Shown piece by piece: positions 24,248-31,843 of a DNA stretch of 32,970 bases; position 1 is the first letter of the stretch, and each line of letters opens with the position of its first letter. A program made the translations under genes and the position numbers. The notes beneath the pieces were generated by a model. That model worked only from the letters and a program-made list of their open reading frames with translations. It did not search any database and was not told the origin of the DNA. The DNA lies in NCBI GenBank assembly GCA_016927765.1, contig JAFGMB010000147.1, forward strand, positions 1 through 32,970, read 5' to 3'. This stretch comes from Synergistales bacterium. GTDB lineage: Bacteria; Synergistota; Synergistia; Synergistales; JAFGMB01.

Positions 24248-26035
24248 AAGTTCCTTTTGAATATCCTCAAGTTCCAGTATAACCCTATCCAGGTTGGCTA
24301 TCTTTTCTTCTGCTGCTCCCCCCCGCCTTTTCCGTTCTTCAAGAACAGCCTGAATGGCTCCCTGGGTACCTTTCAGGGTCTCCGATAATTGCTCATCAAG
24401 GGTCTTTTCGAAACGTAAAAAGGATTCATTGATACTCTGAAAACAGGCCCATCTCAGATTTTCAACATTTGAAAGGACAAGGTTGCTGATCTGTTCACTC
24501 ATGCGATCTCGGACGCGCCTGATTCTCATTGCCCTGGGAAATACTTTGTCTTTCAGACTGGTGGAAAAAGGATATAATGTGGATGCCCACTGATGGGTTA
24601 TCCAGTAGGGTTTCCTAACTACCTCAAAAGAAAAACTTTTCCCCTCAGGCTGATAGGGTATATTGAAAATACTGGATGCTTTTTCCCTGATCCTTTCCAG
24701 GATATCCCCGGCGCGCTTCTGATGTATTCCAAGTACTTCCGTGACCTGTTTTCGGAACAATTCAGTGGAAACTCCTGCCTGGTGCTCAAACCAACCCGGG
24801 ATGGCCTCGGCCAGTGCCGAACGAAGATCTGCTTCGTTGAAGCTCTCCCGCTCCGGATCGACTGGAGCATTCCAGATTATTCCCTCCAGGTAATGGGTAG
24901 CCTCAACGCGCAGAAGCCTTGCATGTTCTCCCAGGAAAGATAACATCCGCTTAAGATCGCCTTTTACCAGATCTTCAGCACTGTGGCGCTGTAGTTTAAG
25001 TTCATCCAGGGCCTGTTCGAACTGACTGAGAAGGTTTTCAAGTTCCTCCACTGGCATTTCCAGGGATCGTCTCATTAAACGGAGATGGGTAAGAGCAGTG
25101 ACAATAAGATCTCTCGTTTTTATTTCCAGGGCTTTTTGAAGGGCCAGGGATTTTTCCCTGGCCAGAAATTCCACCAGATGATTCTCAACCTTGCTTAATC
25201 CACTTGCTTTCCATAATTGTTCATTCCTGAGGGATCTTGCAGTAAGTCCATTTTTTGCCGATACACAGAATACCGTATCCATGGTGGTAATTCCAGCCTG
25301 TTCGACCAACATGCACTTGAAGAACTGAAGAGCCTCTTCCTGGTCTTCAGCGGTTAGATAGTCCATCTTGTTGAGGATGAAAAATAATTTCGGTACTTTT
25401 TTCCTGACCTCTTTGAGAAACTCGATCTCCACTTCTGAAATGGGAGGATCCGCGGATATAAGGAACATTGCAGCATCACACTGAGGTAAAAAATTTAACG
25501 TTGCCTCGGTATTATGCCGGAAAGTCGAGCCAATTCCAGGAGTATCAATGAAGACCAATCCCTGTTTAAGGATCGGGGCTGGAAGTGAAAGCTCCATATG
25601 GGAAACGCCTAAATAGTTCCGGGGATTCCCAGTTTCGGTGATATATTTCGTGAGAATGGAATTGAGGATTTTCTGGTCTGCAACATTAAAGGTCTGAGGT
25701 GCTCCTTTCTCCCGAAAATAGACCACGGCCTGTCTTTCATTCCCGTGCTTCAAAAAGGTTGGGATTGCAGTCAAAGGAATAACACCCGTGGGCAATATAT
25801 CTTCGCCAAGAAGAGCGTTGAGAAGAGTACTTTTTCCCCTTTTGAACTGCCCAAGGATAGCAAGATGGAGACAGTCGGCCTGGAGACGATCTCCAAGGTC
25901 CATCAGCTTTGAGGCAATTTCGTTCAATTCAGGAGCGAGGCTTTGCACTTTTTCGGAAGTTTTTGAAATGAGTGATAGTAAGTCAGAGTTAACAGAACTG
26001 AACGTTGATGATGATGTGGATTTGATTTTCACCAT
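24236..26035 (-). CDS. Bacterial dynamin-like GTPase
   Basis: G1 GQFKRGKSTLLNALLG, G3 FIDTPGIGS, G4 LNKMD, followed by about 330 aa of helical stalk-like sequence. AAGGAGG RBS. Confidence 0.85.
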   Translation of the reverse strand: MVKIKSTSSSTFSSVNSDLLSLISKTSEKVQSLAPELNEIASKLMDLGDRLQADCLHLAILGQFKRGKSTLLNALLGEDILPTGVIPLTAIPTFLKHGNERQAVVYFREKGAPQTFNVADQKILNSILTKYITETGNPRNYLGVSHMELSLPAPILKQGLVFIDTPGIGSTFRHNTEATLNFLPQCDAAMFLISADPPISEVEIEFLKEVRKKVPKLFFILNKMDYLTAEDQEEALQFFKCMLVEQAGITTMDTVFCVSAKNGLTARSLRNEQLWKASGLSKVENHLVEFLAREKSLALQKALEIKTRDLIVTALTHLRLMRRSLEMPVEELENLLSQFEQALDELKLQRHSAEDLVKGDLKRMLSFLGEHARLLRVEATHYLEGIIWNAPVDPERESFNEADLRSALAEAIPGWFEHQAGVSTELFRKQVTEVLGIHQKRAGDILERIREKASSIFNIPYQPEGKSFSFEVVRKPYWITHQWASTLYPFSTSLKDKVFPRAMRIRRVRDRMSEQISNLVLSNVENLRWACFQSINESFLRFEKTLDEQLSETLKGTQGAIQAVLEERKRRGGAAEEKIANLDRVILELEDIQKELDGS

Positions 26036-26546
26036 GAATCCTCCTTGCGTAGAAACCTGACAGGTTGTGCAAAATTGAAAAACAGGTGTTCAGTGCTTTG
26101 ATGAATTATATACATGAAGAACCCGTTTTCTCAGAGGTCTACTTGGAAGGAGTCATCAGCCCTGAAGGGCATTTGTAAGGGGAACTCCATCCCCCGAACT
26201 TCCCATAATATACCCGGAGTATTGGAAAATAGCAATACCAGGCTTTACCTGTCATTGTAAAAGGCCCTGTCTTCCCGGTTGTCAGGTCATTGTTTCCAGG
26301 GAGAATTCAGAAACATGCTACCCATCCAATGGAAGCCGGTTTATATTGGCTACCCATATCATTTATCGGGAGAGATCTTCCCAGGGAAATTGAATTCGGA
26401 CATCAGGCTGTAAGCAAGGAAATATCAATGGGAAACCGGTTTTATCATATGTTCGGTTTTTTGCCCCTCATTCCCCATTTGTGCAGAAAACAGGTTTAAT
26501 GAGAAGGGCAATGGGTTGTTTTTACAGGGGCTTGTTTTTATCCAGG

Positions 26547-26978
26547 TCATTCAACAGAACATTTCAGGGGTGGTTTCACCACAGCCTTTCCCTGGATCAC
26601 CTTTCGGCAATCCTGGTTCTTTATGATAGCCCCAAGGATGACCATGTTCCTTCGAAGATGGATCTCCAGGACCTCTACTTCAGCGGTAACTGTATCGCCT
26701 ATCCTCACCGGGGAAAGGAATTTCAGTTCCTGGCGGACAAGGATGCTTCCCGGGCCTGGTAGCTGCATTCCCACCACAGTGGAAAGAAAGCCGGCCACAA
26801 GCATTCCGTGGGCCACCCGTCCTTCGAAAATAGATCCCCTCGCCTCAATTTCGTTCACATGGGCCGGGTTGAAGTCACCTGTTATGCCTGCAAACAGGTA
26901 GACATCCGTTTCCGACAGGGTTTTAGAAAAGGACGCTTTATCGCCTATTTCTAGGTCTTCAATGGGTATACCTTTCAT
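26547..26978 (-). CDS. MaoC-like (R)-specific enoyl-CoA/ACP hydratase, hot-dog fold
   Basis: DVYLFAGITGDFNPAHVNEIEARGSIFEGRVAHGML hydratase-2 motif. A GAGGG RBS precedes ATG 26978. The longer ORF-track start would overlap the upstream gene. Confidence 0.85.
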   Translation of the reverse strand: MKGIPIEDLEIGDKASFSKTLSETDVYLFAGITGDFNPAHVNEIEARGSIFEGRVAHGMLVAGFLSTVVGMQLPGPGSILVRQELKFLSPVRIGDTVTAEVEVLEIHLRRNMVILGAIIKNQDCRKVIQGKAVVKPPLKCSVE

Positions 26979-27006
26979 CCATATCCCTCTATTCAGGAAG
27001 AGAAGA

Positions 27007-28023
27007 CTACCACTCGACGATAGTAGCTCCCCATGAATATCCCACACCGAAACCGACAAGCATGGCCTTCATCCCTTTTCTGAGAGCCCCTTCCTCCTGT
27101 GCCTGTATGAGGGCCAGGGGAATGGTGGAACTCACGGTGTTGCCGAGTTTTTCCATGTTCATGTAGAATTTTCCCTCAGGTATTCCGATCTCCTGCCTGA
27201 GGTGTTCAAGCATGAGTTTCGTGGCCTGGTGAAAAACGAACAGGTCCATATTTTCCATGACCAGACCGTTCTTTTCCAGCACATCTCTAACCGCCACGGG
27301 CACCTCCCTCAGAGAGAACTGGAGGACTTCAGGACCGTTCATGTAGAAATTATCCTTTGTACGGATATTCCCGAACCGATTAACCCTTTCATGGGCGGTT
27401 TCCTCACTTCTTGGAAGAGCCATGCCTCCCGAGGGGATTATCAGGTTATGTGCTCCGCTGCCATCCGTTCCAATGACGAACTCACCTATGTTTCCCGCGG
27501 TTCCATCATTAGTAACCAGTGTAGCGGTGGCGGCATCCCCGAAAATGGTCCGGGTGCTTTTGTCCCCGGGGTGGATGAACCTGGTAAGAACGTCTGCAGT
27601 TACCAGGAGTACCTTTTGTGCCAGATGTCCGGCGATGAGGGATTTTGCCAGGGCAAGACCGTAGACATAACCTGAACATCCCAGATTGAAGTCGAAGGCC
27701 CCGCTCTTTTTCCTCAGCTTCAGCATGTCGTGGACGATACAGGCAGTGGCGGGCATAAGGTAATCAGGGGTTTCCGTGCATAGGAGAAGAAGATCGATCT
27801 CTTCCCTGGGTATACTATATTCCCTTAAAAGGTTCTCTGATGCCTCGAAAGCCATTTCTGATACCAGTTCCTTTTTAGCGATCCGCCTTTCGCTGATGCC
27901 TGTTTTATGGTAGATCTTCTCGGGGGTCCACGTCCCGAATTCTTCCACAAGCTTTTCGTTACTTATCCGAACTTCCGGCAGATAACATGCAATGCCGGCT
28001 ATTCCTATATTATTCTCTCTCAT
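27007..28023 (-). CDS. FabH-like 3-oxoacyl-ACP/CoA synthase III (KAS III family)
   Basis: Catalytic triad contexts are LGCSGYVYGL (Cys), VFHQATKLM (His) and LGNTVSSTIPLAL (Asn). A GAGGAGG RBS lies 7 nt before ATG 28023. The N-terminal 46 aa in the ORF track are probably not translated. Confidence 0.85.
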   Translation of the reverse strand: MRENNIGIAGIACYLPEVRISNEKLVEEFGTWTPEKIYHKTGISERRIAKKELVSEMAFEASENLLREYSIPREEIDLLLLCTETPDYLMPATACIVHDMLKLRKKSGAFDFNLGCSGYVYGLALAKSLIAGHLAQKVLLVTADVLTRFIHPGDKSTRTIFGDAATATLVTNDGTAGNIGEFVIGTDGSGAHNLIIPSGGMALPRSEETAHERVNRFGNIRTKDNFYMNGPEVLQFSLREVPVAVRDVLEKNGLVMENMDLFVFHQATKLMLEHLRQEIGIPEGKFYMNMEKLGNTVSSTIPLALIQAQEEGALRKGMKAMLVGFGVGYSWGATIVEW

Positions 28024-28064
28024 GCTCGAACCTCCTCGATAATAGAACCGTTGAATTATCTCAC

Positions 28065-28082
28065 TGTCACCGTTAGGTGACA
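28065..28082. promoter_or_regulatory. Inverted repeat TGTCACC-gtta-GGTGACA in the FabH-like leader; candidate GntR-type operator or RNA hairpin
   Basis: Read directly. It contains the ACTGTC half-site also found at 28312 and in the 28326 palindrome. Confidence 0.35.
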
Positions 28083-28325
28083 AGGGGTCAACGGAAACGA
28101 CACAATATAATTGAATCCATAGGAAAATCCCTCTAACCCTTTCAATTTTGAGCTCCCTCATTATAGAGATTTGGGTAGTAATAGGATGTCAATCATCCAG
28201 GGACTTTAACAGGTATTGTTTATAACGAATTTCAGATAATAAGGGAGGTGTTGTGTCAAGAATTTTGTATTGTATGGAAAAAACCTTAGTGGTAAAATCA
28301 AACTACAAAACACTGTCTATTAAAA

Positions 28326-28337
28326 ACTGTCGACAGT
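28326..28337. promoter_or_regulatory. Perfect 12-bp palindrome ACTGTCGACAGT; candidate GntR autoregulatory operator
   Basis: It fits the generic GntR/FadR operator core (GT-Nx-AC). It lies 23 nt upstream of the gntR-family start codon, and a further ACTGTC half-site is at 28312-28317. Confidence 0.45.
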
Positions 28338-28359
28338 ATACTTGGGAGGGCAGTGAACG

Positions 28360-29028
28360 ATGGAAGTTTCGTTAATACATCATGAAACTTTAACAGTCAA
28401 GGTTGTTGAATATATAAGGAATCAGATTTTATTCTGGGAACATTATTCTCGTGGAGAACGTATCTCTGAATCAGAGCTTTCCAAGAAACTTGGAGTCAGT
28501 AGAACGACGATCAGAGAGGCGCTCAAGGAGTTGGAAAACCAGGGTTTAGTAGAGTCTATACCTAGGAAAGGATCCTATGTTGCGAGTTTTGATAGAGAAG
28601 ATGTAAAAGAAATCTTCCATATTCGATATATGCTTGAAACTGATTTATTCAGTTATCTCATAGAACACAAGATCCTTAAGAAAGAAGATTATCTTTTTTT
28701 AAAATCTCTTGTTCAAACCATGGTTAATATCACGCAAGAAGAAGGTTCTCTATCTAAAGAAGAAAGGATTGAGCGTTTTTCTCAAAAGGATTTGGAATTT
28801 CATCAGTATCTGTGGGAAAAAACTGGCCGAAAATGGACTTTGAAAATGCTTACAAATCTTTACTATCAATTAAGGCTGTCAATGATGCAGGATTTGTTTA
28901 TGGAAGATAATCTACAAAGTTCTGCCGTAATCCATTACAAAATTATCGAAGGGTTTCAAAACGAAGATTTTCAGTCGGTAGAAAAAGCATACAAACAGCA
29001 TATCTTAACATTACATACCCCAACATAA
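28360..29028 (+). CDS. GntR-family transcriptional regulator (FadR/FCD subfamily)
   Basis: SESELSKKLGVSRTTIREALKELENQGLVESIPRKGSYV winged HTH, with an all-helical C-terminal FCD-like domain containing EFHQYLW. Confidence 0.9.
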   Translation: MEVSLIHHETLTVKVVEYIRNQILFWEHYSRGERISESELSKKLGVSRTTIREALKELENQGLVESIPRKGSYVASFDREDVKEIFHIRYMLETDLFSYLIEHKILKKEDYLFLKSLVQTMVNITQEEGSLSKEERIERFSQKDLEFHQYLWEKTGRKWTLKMLTNLYYQLRLSMMQDLFMEDNLQSSAVIHYKIIEGFQNEDFQSVEKAYKQHILTLHTPT

Positions 29029-29083
29029 GTACATAAATGCAGTAATTATAAAGATAAAATCTTTTGAAGGGAGGATAAATGAA

Positions 29084-30040
29084 GTGTTTAAGGCAAAAAA
29101 ACTATCTGAAATACAAAGTTTTATCTCAGAAAACCTCAATATTCCTGGAATGGATGGATGGGATTTGCCCTCCTCAACTAAAACTTTCCCTGATGGATGC
29201 CATTACAGGATCGAAATAGCTGGAGTTGAGAGGTATTCAACCATGAAAGCTATGGTGGATGAATCAAAAAAACGCAACTTGAAGATTCATCGAGCCATTT
29301 GCACTGTGGGTGGATCAACATATTGTGATTTTGAGGAATTGAAAAATATGGCCAAAATGGCTCGAGACGAGCAAATAGAAATTATTATGACAATAGGTCA
29401 TAGAAAAGGTTGGGATGTGGGTTCGAAAGAAAGTGGATATGTTGAAGGGGTAGTGCAGGGTCCAAGGCATCGAGGGGCTGATAATATTTCTTACTGGATA
29501 GAAGATATGATGAGAAATCTTGAAGCAGGCATCAGGGGTTTCCTTGTATACGACGAAGGGGCATTAATGATAGTAAATGCAATGAGAAAGCAAGGATTTA
29601 TCCCCAAAGACACGACCTTTAAATGGTCTGTTTTCGGGGGTCAATGTAGCCCTGCTGGAGCGAAATTAGTAGAAGAACTTGGTGCAAACTCAATGAACCC
29701 TCTTTCAGATGTTTCTTTGCCAATTTTGTCCAGTATCAGGACTGCGGTAAAAATGCCTTTAGATATCTATATGATTATTGTGGACGCTTTTGGAGGAATG
29801 TTTCGAGCTTATGATTCTCCTGAAATTGTGAGAGTGGCATCGCCTGTTTATTTCAAGATTGAACCTGGTACTTCTGAAGCTGATATTTACAAACCATGGG
29901 TTACTGAAACCTGGCATGAGGAATTTATAAGGCAAAAAGTCAAGATCGCTTCAATACTGAAAGAAATTATGGATCGTCGTAACCCTGAACTCAAAATGTC
30001 TGATAAAGGGCCTAGTGATTTGTCTTTGCCTGTCGTTTGA
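29084..30040 (+). CDS. Hypothetical protein, 318 aa; alternating strand/helix pattern suggests a (beta/alpha)8-barrel enzyme; family not recognised
   Basis: GTG start 7 nt after a GAAGGGAGGA RBS. There are eight short hydrophobic strand-like segments: RIEIAG, AICTVGG, EIIMTIG, GFLVYDEG, FKWSVFG, SMNPLS, DIYMIIVD and VYFKIEPG. It sits between the regulator and the TRAP genes. Confidence 0.6.
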   Translation: MFKAKKLSEIQSFISENLNIPGMDGWDLPSSTKTFPDGCHYRIEIAGVERYSTMKAMVDESKKRNLKIHRAICTVGGSTYCDFEELKNMAKMARDEQIEIIMTIGHRKGWDVGSKESGYVEGVVQGPRHRGADNISYWIEDMMRNLEAGIRGFLVYDEGALMIVNAMRKQGFIPKDTTFKWSVFGGQCSPAGAKLVEELGANSMNPLSDVSLPILSSIRTAVKMPLDIYMIIVDAFGGMFRAYDSPEIVRVASPVYFKIEPGTSEADIYKPWVTETWHEEFIRQKVKIASILKEIMDRRNPELKMSDKGPSDLSLPVV

Positions 30041-30213
30041 TAAAATGGCTATTCTACTTGTTTTGAGTTTGATGAGTATTCCCAACTATTGAATTGGAGG
30101 TGAGATAAGCCGTATTGGATAATCAAATTAATCTTCAAAGCGGGAATCTGTGTAAGCAATAATCTGGGGAAGCACATTGATTGAAACATTGATTCGTAAG
30201 GGAGGGAGAAAAT

Positions 30214-31215
30214 ATGTTATTGAAAGGGAAACATTTGGTGGTATGTCTAGTTGTAATGCTTGTTATGATGACTTTTGCAGGAACAGGCTATGCCAAAATG
30301 GAATTAGTGGCTGCTCATGTTCTTGCTCCAGATCATCCGTACCAGATGGCATTTGAAAGAATGGCAGAAATAGTCAAATCCAAAACTAACGGAGAGATTA
30401 TCATTACTACCCATCATAGCGCAGCCCTTGGAGAAGAACCTCAGGAAATTGAGGCTCTTAGAATGGGCACTATACATCTTACGACAATATCAGCCGCTCC
30501 CCTCACGGGTTTTGTAAAAGAATATATGGCCTGTGACCTCCCGTTTATGTTTAAAACAGTCCAAGATGCTTATAAGTTCTATGATGGCGAAATTGGTCAG
30601 GAACTTTTTGACAAAACTGAAAAAATTGGACTCATAGGACTTGCCTGGTGGGATAACGGATTCAGGAACTTTACGAATAATGTCCGACCATTAAGAAAAC
30701 CGGAGGATTTCAAGGGGCTGAAGATGCGTTTAATGAACAGTCCTGTTCATATGGCTTCGGTTAGAGCTCTGGGTGGCAACCCTGTACCTATAGATTTTGG
30801 TGAACTTTATACTGCCATGCAGCAGGGGGTTGTCGATGGTCAGGAAAATCCTGTAGCGAACATTTTTCTTAACAGATTCTATGAAGTCCAGAAATATCTT
30901 TCTTTGTCAAAACATTTTTATGATCCTTCTCCAACTTTTATTAGTGGAAAGACTTGGGAGAAGCTTACTCCTGAACAGAAAGAGATCATGAAAGAAGCTG
31001 CGGTTGAAGCAAGGGATTATATGAGAGCACTCTTGAACGATAAAGAAGCAGGCATGATTGAAGAACTTAAAAAAGAAGGTATGGAAGTTACTTATTTGAC
31101 AGAGGAAGAAACAGAGGCATTTCAGGAAGCGACCAAAGATGTCTGGAAAGAATTCAAGGATGACATTGGAGAAGAATTCTTGATGAAATTTCTTGACAAA
31201 GCCAGAAGTATCTAA
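30214..31215 (+). CDS. TRAP transporter substrate-binding protein (DctP family)
   Basis: Signal peptide LVVCLVVMLVMMTFAGTGYA. DctP-type motifs include WWDNGFRNFTN, LKMRLMNSP and ALQQGVVDGQENP-like MQQGVVDGQENP. Confidence 0.9.
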   Translation: MLLKGKHLVVCLVVMLVMMTFAGTGYAKMELVAAHVLAPDHPYQMAFERMAEIVKSKTNGEIIITTHHSAALGEEPQEIEALRMGTIHLTTISAAPLTGFVKEYMACDLPFMFKTVQDAYKFYDGEIGQELFDKTEKIGLIGLAWWDNGFRNFTNNVRPLRKPEDFKGLKMRLMNSPVHMASVRALGGNPVPIDFGELYTAMQQGVVDGQENPVANIFLNRFYEVQKYLSLSKHFYDPSPTFISGKTWEKLTPEQKEIMKEAAVEARDYMRALLNDKEAGMIEELKKEGMEVTYLTEEETEAFQEATKDVWKEFKDDIGEEFLMKFLDKARSI

Positions 31216-31251
31216 GGGGAGACAACATTCGGTTGATAGATGTTTTTCCAT

Positions 31252-31288
31252 GGCAGGTGATTAATTTCTCAGAGAAAAATCACCTGCC
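31252..31288 (+). terminator. Long intercistronic stem-loop between the TRAP P and Q genes (attenuator or mRNA-stability element)
   Basis: GGCAGGTGATT ...TTTCTC a GAGAAA... AATCACCTGCC is a near-perfect 37-nt palindrome followed by TTCCTTTCT. Confidence 0.5.
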
Positions 31289-31315
31289 TTCCTTTCTAAC
31301 AAAGGTGGAATTTTA

Positions 31316-31843
31316 ATGATTCGCGTAGATAAAAAAAGGGACACTGATTTGAATATCTGGCGGTATATCTGGGACAGATTTGAAATCTACATATGTGTAA
31401 TATGTATGCTCAGTGCTCTTATCCTCTGTTTTGTTCAGGTAATAGCTCGATATGTACTTATGACGTCTATTCCCTGGTCAGAAGAGATTGCCAAGTGGTT
31501 TGTGATGTGGATTACTTTTGCAGGGTCTGCTTATGCATTTAAGATGGGAGCACATATCGGTGTGGAGGCTTTTGTTAATATACTTCCTCCGGTATTTAAA
31601 AAAACAACTTTATGGATCGCTCGACTGTTGACATTCGCTTTTCTTTTTATAATTGGATGGCAAGGAATTCTATTCCTTTTGCAGGTTATTGATTCAGGAC
31701 AGGTTGCTCCGGCTTCAAGGTTGCCAATGACCATACCTTATTCAGCACTTCCTTTCGGTTTCCTTCTTGTGATAGCCCGTCTTTTAGACCTTACATTCAG
31801 GGAAATGATCTGTGGTGAAACATTGGAGAGTGATAGCCAATGA
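31316..31843 (+). CDS. TRAP transporter small permease (DctQ family)
   Basis: 4 TM and 175 aa. It lies between the P and M components, and its stop overlaps the next start (ATGA). Confidence 0.85.
   Translation: MIRVDKKRDTDLNIWRYIWDRFEIYICVICMLSALILCFVQVIARYVLMTSIPWSEEIAKWFVMWITFAGSAYAFKMGAHIGVEAFVNILPPVFKKTTLWIARLLTFAFLFIIGWQGILFLLQVIDSGQVAPASRLPMTIPYSALPFGFLLVIARLLDLTFREMICGETLESDSQ

Noticed and set aside
26290-26762. Plus-strand ORFs 26290..26499 (69 aa) and 26481..26762 (93 aa).
   Set aside because: The first starts at a non-ATG codon without an RBS in the long spacer. The second is antisense to the MaoC gene. Neither has motifs.
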